Assembly (NCBI GenBank): GCA_014381305.1
Contig: JACNLW010000043.1
Coordinates: forward strand, 2,123-66,122
Length of the DNA: 64,000 nucleotides
Direction: 5' to 3'
Origin: Planctomycetota bacterium
GTDB taxonomy: Bacteria; Planctomycetota; Phycisphaerae; Phycisphaerales; SM1A02
The translations under genes and the position numbers were made by a program. The first letter of the stretch is position 1, and every line of letters begins with the position of its first letter. Shown piece after piece: positions 47,636-57,368 of the stretch. A model generated the notes under the pieces. The model was not told the origin of the DNA. It worked only from the letters and a program-made list of their open reading frames with translations, and ran no database searches.

Positions 47636-49198
47636 ATGGGATCTCGTCTGAGCCTTGCAAACAAATGTCTCGCTATTTTTGGCGCTGTTATGGTCGTCAT
47701 ATTCGTTGTGACGTTGGTTATTCCATGGACAGGAACAGCCGAACTTGTCCATAATTATCAAGAGGAACTCGCCAAGCAACTCGCTGACGAATGGTTGTTG
47801 TCAAGAGAAGAATTTGGTTCATCAGACGACGACGATGCCTCATTAAATATTCGTTTGCTTTATGTAATAAACATCGAGGATGACGCAAAAAGTTTTGAGA
47901 GCCGTGCAAAAAAAATATTTGAAACGACCGCAGCAATAAAGTTTACTGATGCGCATGATCGTGATCAATATCAGTATTTTTTATACGCTCGGGCAATCAC
48001 AGAATCACAGTGTAGAGCGATAGAACATACGGGCATAACCACATTTAAGAGTGGTGTATCAGTTCCGTCTCTTTCAGATCCACTTGAAGCGATTCTCATT
48101 GTTCGGCTTGATACAACGTTCGCAAAAAGACAACGACTCGTGATGCTGACATGGTTGATTGCGGCAGGAATATCTGGATTTTTGTTTTCGCTTCTTGCTT
48201 TTCATCTTATTCTTACCCGACTAGTCTTTTCACCCGTGCGGAAACTAAGGCGAGTTTCTGAGCGAGTCCAAACGGGTGATTTGCGTGCACGTTCCCAACT
48301 TGCAACTGGTGATGAGTTTGAAGAACTTGCTATTGCCTTTAATGAAATGCTCGACCAAATGGAATCTGATCGAGATAAACTCAATCTTCTTAACGAATCT
48401 CTTGACTTGAAAGTAGAAGAACTTGCATCAGATAATGTCGGGCTTTTTGAATCGGGACGATTGAAAAACGAATTTTTGGCGAACGTAAGTCACGAGCTCC
48501 GCACACCACTCAATTCAATCATTGGATTTGCAGACTTGTTACAAGGCATGGGACCAACAACAGAATCTAATGATGAAAAGCGAGTTCGGTATATCAATAA
48601 TATCTTGACAAGCGGTCGTTCGTTACTCGACATGATCAACGAACTTTTAGACATGGCGAAAATTGAAGCAGGTCGAATGGAAGTAAATCTTGAAAAGACC
48701 AGCGTGGAAGATTTACTTGAAGGTCTCGTCGGGATCATGCGCCCGCAGGCGAAAATTTCGATGCTCAACGTGGATGTTCACATTGTCAATACACTACAGC
48801 GCATAGAAACAGATCCTGGGAAACTACAGCAAATTCTCTACAACTATCTCTCGAACGCGATTAAATTTAGCCCTCAGAGAGGATCAATTGATATTATTGC
48901 AGAGCAAATTAAACGACCGGACCAAACGTTGGCGGTAAGAATTACTGTTTCAGATCATGGTCCCGGAATCCCCGAAGATATGATTGAGATGGTTTTTGAA
49001 AAATTTAGACAGGTTGATGCTTCGCACACGAAGGAGCACCAAGGGACAGGGTTAGGTCTTGCAATCTGCCGCGAACTTGCAGAGTTGCTTAGAGCAGAAG
49101 TTTGGGTAGAATCAAAAACAGGAGAAGGCGCATCATTTTTTGTTGAAGTGCCGATCGCTTTTAAACCAGACTCACCAGAACCATTGATGGCACCATGA
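47636..49198 (+). CDS. sensor histidine kinase (TM - HAMP - HisKA - HATPase_c)
   Basis: The protein has two TM segments, a HAMP region (PVRKLRRVSERVQTGDL...FNEM), the H-box SHELRTPLNSIIGF, an N-box and GTGLGLAI. ATG 47636 is chosen; TTG 47627 is also possible. Confidence 0.92.
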   Translation: MGSRLSLANKCLAIFGAVMVVIFVVTLVIPWTGTAELVHNYQEELAKQLADEWLLSREEFGSSDDDDASLNIRLLYVINIEDDAKSFESRAKKIFETTAAIKFTDAHDRDQYQYFLYARAITESQCRAIEHTGITTFKSGVSVPSLSDPLEAILIVRLDTTFAKRQRLVMLTWLIAAGISGFLFSLLAFHLILTRLVFSPVRKLRRVSERVQTGDLRARSQLATGDEFEELAIAFNEMLDQMESDRDKLNLLNESLDLKVEELASDNVGLFESGRLKNEFLANVSHELRTPLNSIIGFADLLQGMGPTTESNDEKRVRYINNILTSGRSLLDMINELLDMAKIEAGRMEVNLEKTSVEDLLEGLVGIMRPQAKISMLNVDVHIVNTLQRIETDPGKLQQILYNYLSNAIKFSPQRGSIDIIAEQIKRPDQTLAVRITVSDHGPGIPEDMIEMVFEKFRQVDASHTKEHQGTGLGLAICRELAELLRAEVWVESKTGEGASFFVEVPIAFKPDSPEPLMAP

Positions 49199-50523
49199 AT
49201 CTTACATTCGAAACAATTTATCTAGGCTTAAAGAGTCTTCGCCTTCACGCACTCCGTTCTGTACTCACGAGTCTTGGAATTATTCTAGGTGTTGCTGCAG
49301 TGATCGTTATGGTTTCAATTGGTGAAGGGAACAAGCAAGCTGCGTTGCGTGCAATCGAATCTCTTGGCGCAACAAACATTATTGTCAGGTCGCAGCGGCC
49401 CCCAGAGTCGAAAGATGTTGGCTCGCAACGAAGATCTTTTGTTGCAAAATTCGGTATTACTCGCGCGGATGAACGTCGACTTCACAAATTTGTTGAAGCT
49501 GATATGATTGTTCCGCTCAAAACAGTTGGCTCTGAAATAGCAAGGGGTGCACTTCGTACAACAAGTCAAACCTTTGGAACAACTCCTGAACTTAAAAATG
49601 CAGCGAACCTGAGTGTGCAGGAGGGCGGTAGATATTTGGTCGAAGAGGATTTACTTCGCAGCGCACCAATTGCCGTGATTGGGTTTGAGATAGCGAAGCA
49701 GTTTTTTCCGCTTACTGACCCAATTGGTCAGAAACTACGAATAGATACAAGAGTTTTTACGATTGTTGGAGTTTTAAATCCTGTTGGGCTTGCTGGTGGA
49801 ACGGGCTCAGCGCTTGTTGGTCGTGATTTCAATAAAGATGTACACATTCCGATGACAACTTCGCGTCTTGAGTTTGGCGATACCGTTGTACGAAGGCAAG
49901 CAGGTTCGTTTAGTGGCGAAGAGGTAGAGGTTTCTGAAATTTACCTCACCGCTCCATCAACCGATGAAGTGATTCCAATGGCGGAACACATAAGGCAAAT
50001 CATGAGCGTCGGTCATCCGGGATTAAAGGACATCGAAGTGATCGTTCCGTGGGAATTGCTTGAAAATGTACGAAGAACCACCGCAACAATGAATATTTTA
50101 CTTACCGCGATTGCAGCGATTAGTTTGCTTGTTGGCGGCATTGGCATCATGAACATTATGCTTGCGACAGTCGTTGAACGAACACGAGAAATTGGTATTC
50201 GAAGAGCAGTTGGCGCAACGAGGCGAGATATTGCCGCGCAGTTTCTTGTTGAGACAGGCAGTTTGAGTGCTGTTGGCGGTTTACTTGGTATCGTTGTTGG
50301 TGTGGGAATTTCAGTTGGTCTCGAAACAATTTTAGAACTGTTGTTTAAACTTCCGTGGCTCAGTGGCGTTGCGGACATTGGTGCTGGGTTGGAAACGCAA
50401 GTGACGGTCTGGTCAATTATTGTTTCATTCCTTGTTGCTGCGGGAACTGGACTTGTATTTGGTATTTATCCCGCAATTATTGCAAGCAAGCAAGATCCAA
50501 TCGTGGCACTCCGCCACGATTAA
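49195..50523 (+). CDS. ABC transporter permease, MacB/FtsX type
   Basis: The protein has an N-terminal TM, a large periplasmic domain and a C-terminal FtsX domain (GIGIMNIMLATVVERTREIGIRRAVGATRRDI). ATGA overlaps the kinase stop. Confidence 0.9.
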   Translation: MNLTFETIYLGLKSLRLHALRSVLTSLGIILGVAAVIVMVSIGEGNKQAALRAIESLGATNIIVRSQRPPESKDVGSQRRSFVAKFGITRADERRLHKFVEADMIVPLKTVGSEIARGALRTTSQTFGTTPELKNAANLSVQEGGRYLVEEDLLRSAPIAVIGFEIAKQFFPLTDPIGQKLRIDTRVFTIVGVLNPVGLAGGTGSALVGRDFNKDVHIPMTTSRLEFGDTVVRRQAGSFSGEEVEVSEIYLTAPSTDEVIPMAEHIRQIMSVGHPGLKDIEVIVPWELLENVRRTTATMNILLTAIAAISLLVGGIGIMNIMLATVVERTREIGIRRAVGATRRDIAAQFLVETGSLSAVGGLLGIVVGVGISVGLETILELLFKLPWLSGVADIGAGLETQVTVWSIIVSFLVAAGTGLVFGIYPAIIASKQDPIVALRHD

Positions 50524-50538
50524 GCAGAGGAAAACTTC

Positions 50539-52560
50539 ATGTTTTTAGAAATCGCATTGTGCGTATGTACACAAATCACACCCGAAGATTACTTTTCGAC
50601 TTCGTATGTTTCGAGTTGTTCGATCTCTCCAACTGGGGAGTACGTTGCTTGGACGGAAGGGCGGTGGAACGAGGATCTTGATCGGAGAAATTACGATGTT
50701 TGGATTGCTCAAACTGATGTAGGTGATGGCGAGCCTCTTCGTTTAACTTTTGATGAAGCGAATGACGGCTCAATGCAATGGGGAAACACTGATACTTGGC
50801 TATATTTTTCTTCGAGAAGAGGAAGTAAAGGTGACGATCTTCCACGCAACGGCAAAAAACAACTTTGGCGAATCAAACCAGATGGCACGCAATTGATGGC
50901 AGTGACACGGTTGGTTGGCGGCATTGAAGATTGGCAGTTAAGCGAAGATGGTTCACGCGTCTATTACATGCTGAGTGATGAAACTCAAGTTGACGATGCG
51001 TGGAAGTCGCTTCGTAAAGAGCACGATGATGTTGAATATGGACATGGCATTGTTGATTACTCTGAAATATGGGTGTTAGATCTTACAACTTGGAAACACG
51101 ATAAATTGTGGGACGAAGACAAGGTGATCGTTGATTTTTCACTTTCCCCAGATGGTACAAAAATTGCAACTGTGACAACTCCAGATACACGGTTGATTAC
51201 TAACGAAGGTTGGTCGGATATTGGTATCTATCATATTGAAACCAAGAAAACTGTACTTCTTGATGACACGCTCTGGAGGGCAGACGCGCCTTCCCCGTAC
51301 GGTTGGGTTGAATCACCAGATTGGTCAAGTGACGGTTCTCGTTTGTTGTTCGCTGTAGACTTTGATGGTTTTCCACGGAATATGTTTGTCGCAACGTTCG
51401 GTGATGCAAAAACAATATTACATCAAGTCGAACGAAAAGATGAAGTGTCGCTCGGCTCTAGTCCAGTTTGGATTCCAAACTCGCACGACTTGTTGTACAT
51501 CGCCGAACAGGGCACAACACGCCCGCTTCTTCAAGTTTCTAACGTTGGGTACGCCAAGCAAGGCGAGACTACCGAGTTGATTACAAACAATTTGATTTGC
51601 TGGGACTTTAGTGTTGCAGGAAACACGAAACAAATCGCCGCTGTCGTAGGTTCTTCCGTCACTTTGTCTAGCGTTGTTCTAGCGAGCATTGATTCAAACA
51701 TGGTTACTGTTGTTGCAAATCCAAATACTCATATCGCCGGCTGGGATCTTCCTTCTATACAAACAGTCCGTTGGACTGCGCAAGATGGAACGACAATTGA
51801 AGGCGTTTTGGAATTACCGAAGGGATTTACAATAGGTAAAGATGCACCACTCCCAATGTATGTGGATTTGCATGGCGGACCAACTTCTGCAAGAACAGCT
51901 GCGTTATCCATTTCAATGTATGGACGCGGATTGTTTTCTTCAGACGGCTGGGCAGTGTTTAGCCCTAACTATCGTGGTTCAACGGGGTACGGCGATACAT
52001 TTCTAACTGACCTTGTGGGTCGAGAAAATGACATTGAAGTACAAGACATTCTTGATGGTGTTGATGTAATGATTGAACGAGGTATTGCAGACCCCGACAA
52101 ACTTGCAGTTGGTGGTTGGTCCAATGGCGGGTACCTCACGAATTGTTTGATTGCAAAAACCGATCGCTTTAAGGCAGCAAGTAGCGGGGCGGGAGTGTTC
52201 GACCAAACCATGCAGTGGTCGATTGAAGATACGCCCGGACACGTTGTGAATTACGCAAAGGGTTTGCCTTGGGAAGTACCCGCTGAACTTCGCCGAATGT
52301 CTCCACTGTTTGAAGCAGATCATATTACAACTCCAACCATTATTCATGTTGGCGAGGGAGACGCCCGCGTTCCCGCAGAACAATCAAAAGCGATCTTTCG
52401 CGCTTTGCATGATTATCTTGATGTACCGACGCAGCTTGTGATCTATCCCGGTACCGGCCATGGTCTTTCTAAAATGTCTCACCGAAAAGCAAAAATGGAA
52501 TGGGATAAAGCATGGTTTGATCACTGGGTGTTAGGTCAAACCCAAGGTTCAGAGAAATAA
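50539..52560 (+). CDS. S9 family prolyl oligopeptidase / dipeptidyl aminopeptidase-like serine peptidase
   Basis: An N-terminal beta-propeller region is followed by the catalytic GGWSNGGY (GxSxGG). Downstream D and H contexts (GEGDARVP, GTGHGL) are present. Confidence 0.9.
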   Translation: MFLEIALCVCTQITPEDYFSTSYVSSCSISPTGEYVAWTEGRWNEDLDRRNYDVWIAQTDVGDGEPLRLTFDEANDGSMQWGNTDTWLYFSSRRGSKGDDLPRNGKKQLWRIKPDGTQLMAVTRLVGGIEDWQLSEDGSRVYYMLSDETQVDDAWKSLRKEHDDVEYGHGIVDYSEIWVLDLTTWKHDKLWDEDKVIVDFSLSPDGTKIATVTTPDTRLITNEGWSDIGIYHIETKKTVLLDDTLWRADAPSPYGWVESPDWSSDGSRLLFAVDFDGFPRNMFVATFGDAKTILHQVERKDEVSLGSSPVWIPNSHDLLYIAEQGTTRPLLQVSNVGYAKQGETTELITNNLICWDFSVAGNTKQIAAVVGSSVTLSSVVLASIDSNMVTVVANPNTHIAGWDLPSIQTVRWTAQDGTTIEGVLELPKGFTIGKDAPLPMYVDLHGGPTSARTAALSISMYGRGLFSSDGWAVFSPNYRGSTGYGDTFLTDLVGRENDIEVQDILDGVDVMIERGIADPDKLAVGGWSNGGYLTNCLIAKTDRFKAASSGAGVFDQTMQWSIEDTPGHVVNYAKGLPWEVPAELRRMSPLFEADHITTPTIIHVGEGDARVPAEQSKAIFRALHDYLDVPTQLVIYPGTGHGLSKMSHRKAKMEWDKAWFDHWVLGQTQGSEK

Positions 52561-52592
52561 CCTTGTGCGATGTTGCACCCTCAGTCTCCCAG

Positions 52593-53381
52593 TCAATGGA
52601 TATTAGGGACGCGGGGGAGACGGACGGACGTGTTGCCACCAGAAAAGTTAATAGTGCGTGTTTTCATGTTTTTTGGACGAAGTGGCGAAAAGGAATATCC
52701 ACCTAACTGGCGATGCACAAAATCGGGTGCTTTGACAAGCAGTGAACCTTTATAGAAACGAATGGTGCAATTTCCACCGTGCACTTTCCATTGTTCTGAT
52801 TCAACAAAATCTGTAATTGTACTAATCAGTTTTTCTACTTCTTCATCTTTTGTTAAACGATCTGGATCATTTGCTGGTCCACCAAAGTTCACACCACCAC
52901 CGCCAGTTGTTCCCATGATTGGAGCATTGTCAAAATCACGAATTGTAAACAACAGGTTCATTACGTCATACGTCCGCAATTCCATCGCACTTCCATTGGT
53001 GAACTGTTCCTTGAAGCCGATCTCTAACATGGAGTCACGAAGTTGCCATGCAGTAGGTGCAGCATTATTGAGTTTTTCAATGATGCGTTCTAGAACGACA
53101 ACCGCAGGTTGATTGGTAAGTTTAAGCGTGATAGAAGTATTCTTATCGATGCCATCTTTATCCTTTGATTTCCAAAACACAAACATGTCAATGTCAAGAT
53201 CGCGTTGAAACTGATGGAGTACATCAGAAACAGGTTGTTCGTCCCACGACACCGACATGTCGGTATATAAAAGTTTTCCGAGTATCTTTGCGTGCGCGTA
53301 TTTGGTTGAATCCGGTGCTGAAAATAACACGCTACACAAGAGCAGGGGAACTAAAACAAGAGATCTCATTAAAAACCGCAT
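52593..53381 (-). CDS. hypothetical secreted protein
   Basis: ATG 53381 gives MRFLMRSLVLVPLLLCSVLFSAPDS, a signal peptide. I recognise no family. Confidence 0.6.
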   Translation of the reverse strand: MRFLMRSLVLVPLLLCSVLFSAPDSTKYAHAKILGKLLYTDMSVSWDEQPVSDVLHQFQRDLDIDMFVFWKSKDKDGIDKNTSITLKLTNQPAVVVLERIIEKLNNAAPTAWQLRDSMLEIGFKEQFTNGSAMELRTYDVMNLLFTIRDFDNAPIMGTTGGGGVNFGGPANDPDRLTKDEEVEKLISTITDFVESEQWKVHGGNCTIRFYKGSLLVKAPDFVHRQLGGYSFSPLRPKNMKTRTINFSGGNTSVRLPRVPNIH

Positions 53382-53395
53382 GCCCGAGTATACGC

Positions 53396-55165
53396 CTATT
53401 GTCCTTGGGCGACAAGATTTAATGCATGAATTGCCTCTGTAATTCCAATAAGAGCCATTGCAGTTGCTTCTGGCTTCATTATGGCATCCCAAACAGATGA
53501 ACGAACACCACCTGTTGCTTTTGTTGGGTTTGCAAAACGACTTGCCCTTTCACGCGTTGTCGTGAGTTGCGATGTGTACCGCGCTGCAAGAAGCATTGAA
53601 ATGAGTGCAGTAGAACGTTCCCCGCGTGGCGTAAACTTTTCAACGGGCAACAAACTAGCAAGCATCGGTAACATGCGAATGCCTCTCGCATCGGTAACTG
53701 GTCCAGACTTTGTTTGCAGTGAAAATCCACCGAGTAAATCAGGAATGGAGTCATCGGTTATTTGCGTGGAAAGACTCACATCGCGGAGTTTTCTCATTGC
53801 AGCAACATCGACCGTTCCTCCAAGGTCAAGAATGGAAACACTTGCATTCATGATCCACGGAATAAGTGAAGCCATGCTTTGCTGTGGTGTTGTTGCAAGC
53901 GCGATTTGAATTGTATTTTCAGCAAGCGGTAACAGCGCCTCGTCTTGTTTTGCAAGCGTCGCAATTGCTGCAGAAAGAACGCCACGGGCGAGCGCCTTCT
54001 GAGGAATATGTGTACCACCAACCATTGCTTTTGCAGCATCGATCACATCTTTCTTGCAACTTTGAATCATTGATACGGCATCTTTTGAAAGCAACGATTC
54101 GCCGCTGCTTGCAAGAACGACAAACGATTGTTCTGCAACACCGGTAATGGGAGATTCGTGCTCGTTCACAACAGCGAGATCATTCATGATTCGAGTGTAC
54201 GCAACAAGCGCATTTTCTTTTTGTGCACAATTTGGTAACTGTGCATATTTCCATATCGCCTCGGCAGTCATTGCTTGCGAAATAGTTGGTGCAAATACAA
54301 CATCAAGGCGATTTACTTCTGGTAGGTATGTTCCCGAGATACCAATTGGTTCTTCAAGCGGCCACACTGAGCGTATTACATGAGACGCAAGTAATTCTGC
54401 AACAGGTTGTAACCCTGTTTGTTGCAAATCATGTAGCGCGATCAGCTCATCTCCCCTGAACAACACGCGAATTGGTTCGCCATGTGCGTGTTGATATGCA
54501 GAAGCAAAATCAACTGTATAGATCGTGATGTCTTCTTGAACCGGAAGTTGGTGTGCAATGACTTCAGCAGCAGGGGCGCCAACTTTAATACACATTCCTT
54601 CTAGATGGTTCACTGTTCTTCTAAATGGCGACAAACGCATCTGACACGGGAAACGAAAATCCCAAGTGTTTCCACGTCGAGTCGCAATGCCATCAACCCC
54701 GCGCTGGATTTGTTTTGCCGCTTTGTCAAGGTTCTTCGTAGGAATCGGTGTGTACTCGGTTGCAACACCAATCTCAATTCCAATGGAAGTAAACGCAAAC
54801 GACCGAACATCTTCTGGAAGTGTACGAATGACCGGATGTTTTTTGGCTTTTGCAAATGCAATTGTTGCAGCGTTACCAAGTAAGGATTCATGTTCACCAA
54901 ACGCTTCTCCATAGCCAAGAAGTTCTCCGTTTTTGCGTAAAACAACACAAACACCAGAAATATTTTCTGGTGTTGTGTCGCTCTCACCTAATACTACCAT
55001 TCCACTGTTCACCCACGTTCTCACGGTTTGTAGGGCTGTTTCCACGTCATTTGCATATGAAAAATGTGTACAAAAACATAAAAGAATCGGAATATGCAGT
55101 CTAGAAAATAGATTTCTGCGATATTTTTTTGGATGGTGACTTGCCATAGGTGTATTTGTGTGCAT
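53396..55165 (-). CDS. hypothetical secreted protein (589 aa)
   Basis: This long ORF has a signal-like N-terminus (IPILLCFCTHFSYA). I cannot confidently assign a family. Confidence 0.65.
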   Translation of the reverse strand: MHTNTPMASHHPKKYRRNLFSRLHIPILLCFCTHFSYANDVETALQTVRTWVNSGMVVLGESDTTPENISGVCVVLRKNGELLGYGEAFGEHESLLGNAATIAFAKAKKHPVIRTLPEDVRSFAFTSIGIEIGVATEYTPIPTKNLDKAAKQIQRGVDGIATRRGNTWDFRFPCQMRLSPFRRTVNHLEGMCIKVGAPAAEVIAHQLPVQEDITIYTVDFASAYQHAHGEPIRVLFRGDELIALHDLQQTGLQPVAELLASHVIRSVWPLEEPIGISGTYLPEVNRLDVVFAPTISQAMTAEAIWKYAQLPNCAQKENALVAYTRIMNDLAVVNEHESPITGVAEQSFVVLASSGESLLSKDAVSMIQSCKKDVIDAAKAMVGGTHIPQKALARGVLSAAIATLAKQDEALLPLAENTIQIALATTPQQSMASLIPWIMNASVSILDLGGTVDVAAMRKLRDVSLSTQITDDSIPDLLGGFSLQTKSGPVTDARGIRMLPMLASLLPVEKFTPRGERSTALISMLLAARYTSQLTTTRERASRFANPTKATGGVRSSVWDAIMKPEATAMALIGITEAIHALNLVAQGQ

Positions 55166-55361
55166 GGTAGTGGGTGTTGGGGGATTGATTTACTTGATTT
55201 GATATTTTAGAGAAGAGGAACGAGCATGCGATGCACAAAGCGCGCCATTGAATGGACTGGGCATAGACGAAAGATCGTCATTCTCACGTTATTGACATTT
55301 TTGGTTTTGTGCTGAGAGACGCAAGGAAGAAGACGCTAGGTCTGTAATGACCTCGTGAGGA

Positions 55362-55398
55362 GAGAAGAGAAAAGCAGCCCGCCTGAATAGGCGGGCTG
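55362..55398 (-). terminator. rho-independent terminator after rpsA
   Basis: CAGCCCGCC (55375-83) pairs with GGCGGGCTG (55390-98) around a 6-nt loop. On the minus strand it is followed by CTTTTCTCTTCTC. Confidence 0.7.
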
Positions 55399-55434
55399 TC
55401 TTCTTTAAGTGAACAACTAATGAATGCGTGGGTT

Positions 55435-57213
55435 TTACAGATCGATTTTATCAGTACCCAATGCACCATGATCATCCATGCCACCACGTGAAGGGGACTC
55501 ACCTTTATCAATGTGTTGTGTCCAATCTTCTTCAGTGGAGTCATCATCACCTTGAGCACGCTTGAGACTGAGTCCAATTTTGCGTTCTTCAAGATCAACT
55601 CGGAGAATTTTGACATCAACATTTTGGTCTGGTTTAACAATTTCTTGTGGGCTATCAACTTTGCGATCAGCCAATTCAGAAATGTGAAGGAGACCCTCTA
55701 AACCATCTTCAAGCTCAACGAACACACCAAAGTTTGTGATCTTCGTGACCTTGCCATGGACGACCATGCCCGGCTTGTACGCTTCAGGAATTGCTGTTTG
55801 CCATGGGTCTTCGTGCATTTGCTTAATGCCAAGGCTGATGCGTTGTTTGTCTTGGTCAATTTCCAAGACCATGCATTCAGTCATATCACCCTTCTTGTAT
55901 TTTTCATTTGGATGGGCAATTTTTTCAGTCCATGAAATATCGCTGACGTGAAGCAAGCCGTCAATGCCTGGTTCGATTTCAACAAATGCACCGTAGTTGG
56001 TGAGGTTGCGAACAGCACCAGAAACGATTGTTCCGATTGGATATATCTCCGCCACGATTTCCCATGGGTTTCCTTCGACTTGCTTGATGCCAAGTGAAAT
56101 TTCGTGCTTTTCTTTATCAATATCAAGCACGATGACTTCGATTTCATCGTTTGGTTGGACAACTTCACTTGGATGATTGATTCGTTTTCGCCACGACATT
56201 TCCGAAACGTGGACAAGACCCTCAACGCCATCTTCAAGATGCACAAATGCGCCGTAGCTGACGAGATTTACAACTCGACCAGTCACGCGGCTTTTGATTG
56301 GGAATCGTTCATCGATATCTTCCCACGGCGAAGCTTCTTTTTGCTTTAAACCAAGGGCAATCTTTTCACTGTCGAAGTCAACACGAAGTACCTTGACTTC
56401 AATTTCGTCTCCAACTTTGCACAACTCGCTTGGGTGTTTGATTCGACCCCAACTCATGTCGGTGACATGGAGTAGCCCGTCGATGCCTCCAAGGTCAACA
56501 AACGCACCAAACTCAGCGACGTTTGTGACTCGACCGATGACAACGTCGTTTTGTTTGATTGTATTAAGCAATCGTTCTTTCGCTTCACTTCGTTCATTTT
56601 CAAGAAGTGTTCGACGGCTGATTACGATGTTGCGTCGCGGTTCGTCTATCTTAAGAATTTCAGCGCGAACAATTTTGCCCATAAATTGAGCAACGTCAGC
56701 TGGTCTGCGAACATCAATTTGTGATGCAGGCAAGAACGCAGGAACGCCAATATCCACGAGGATGCCGCCCTTGATTCGACGAAGTCCAATGCCTTCGACG
56801 ATGTCGCCTTCCTTGTGCGTTTCGAGAACTTTTTCCCAACCGCGGATGCGATCAGCTTTTCGTTTTGAAAGTTTGACAATGCCGTTTTCGTCTTCAATTT
56901 CTTCAAGAACAACTTCAACTTCACCGCCCGACTCAAGTGTGTCCCAATCGTCGAACTCACTTTTGTGAACGAGTCCTTCAGATTTCAAACCAACATCAAC
57001 AACGGCGTCATCGCCGGCTTTTCCAACGATTCGTCCCTTTAGAATGTTTCCGGGTTTGTACGCCTGAACGTCTGCGAGATTCATCGCGTCAAGATCACCT
57101 GCGGCCGCTTCAGCGCCAAGTGCTGCGAGAATAAGAGCGTCTGCCTCAGCCAAATCAATGCCGAGGTCTGCTATGAGATTGTGGTCTACCATGTGTGATG
57201 CGGTCATTTTCAT
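55435..57213 (-). CDS. rpsA: 30S ribosomal protein S1
   Basis: Six S1 repeats are present (e.g. GRVTNVAEFGAFVDLGGIDGLLHVTDMSW, GKVTKITNFGVFVELEDGLEGLLHISEL). ATG 57213, 57207 and 57192 are all possible. The upstream part of the ORF is Cys-rich and unlikely to be coding. Confidence 0.95.
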   Translation of the reverse strand: MKMTASHMVDHNLIADLGIDLAEADALILAALGAEAAAGDLDAMNLADVQAYKPGNILKGRIVGKAGDDAVVDVGLKSEGLVHKSEFDDWDTLESGGEVEVVLEEIEDENGIVKLSKRKADRIRGWEKVLETHKEGDIVEGIGLRRIKGGILVDIGVPAFLPASQIDVRRPADVAQFMGKIVRAEILKIDEPRRNIVISRRTLLENERSEAKERLLNTIKQNDVVIGRVTNVAEFGAFVDLGGIDGLLHVTDMSWGRIKHPSELCKVGDEIEVKVLRVDFDSEKIALGLKQKEASPWEDIDERFPIKSRVTGRVVNLVSYGAFVHLEDGVEGLVHVSEMSWRKRINHPSEVVQPNDEIEVIVLDIDKEKHEISLGIKQVEGNPWEIVAEIYPIGTIVSGAVRNLTNYGAFVEIEPGIDGLLHVSDISWTEKIAHPNEKYKKGDMTECMVLEIDQDKQRISLGIKQMHEDPWQTAIPEAYKPGMVVHGKVTKITNFGVFVELEDGLEGLLHISELADRKVDSPQEIVKPDQNVDVKILRVDLEERKIGLSLKRAQGDDDSTEEDWTQHIDKGESPSRGGMDDHGALGTDKIDL

Positions 57214-57368
57214 CTTGGCTGCGTGGCCGCAAAACGCAGTTGCTTGGAGTGAGCCGAAAATCTTGTTCAAGCAACATGCTTGAAAGCACAAGTAACGGGG
57301 GTTCACTTTGCCCATGAAACATGGGCGAGCCGCAGATTGTACTCTGCCCCGAGCCCTTTTTCTAGCCC

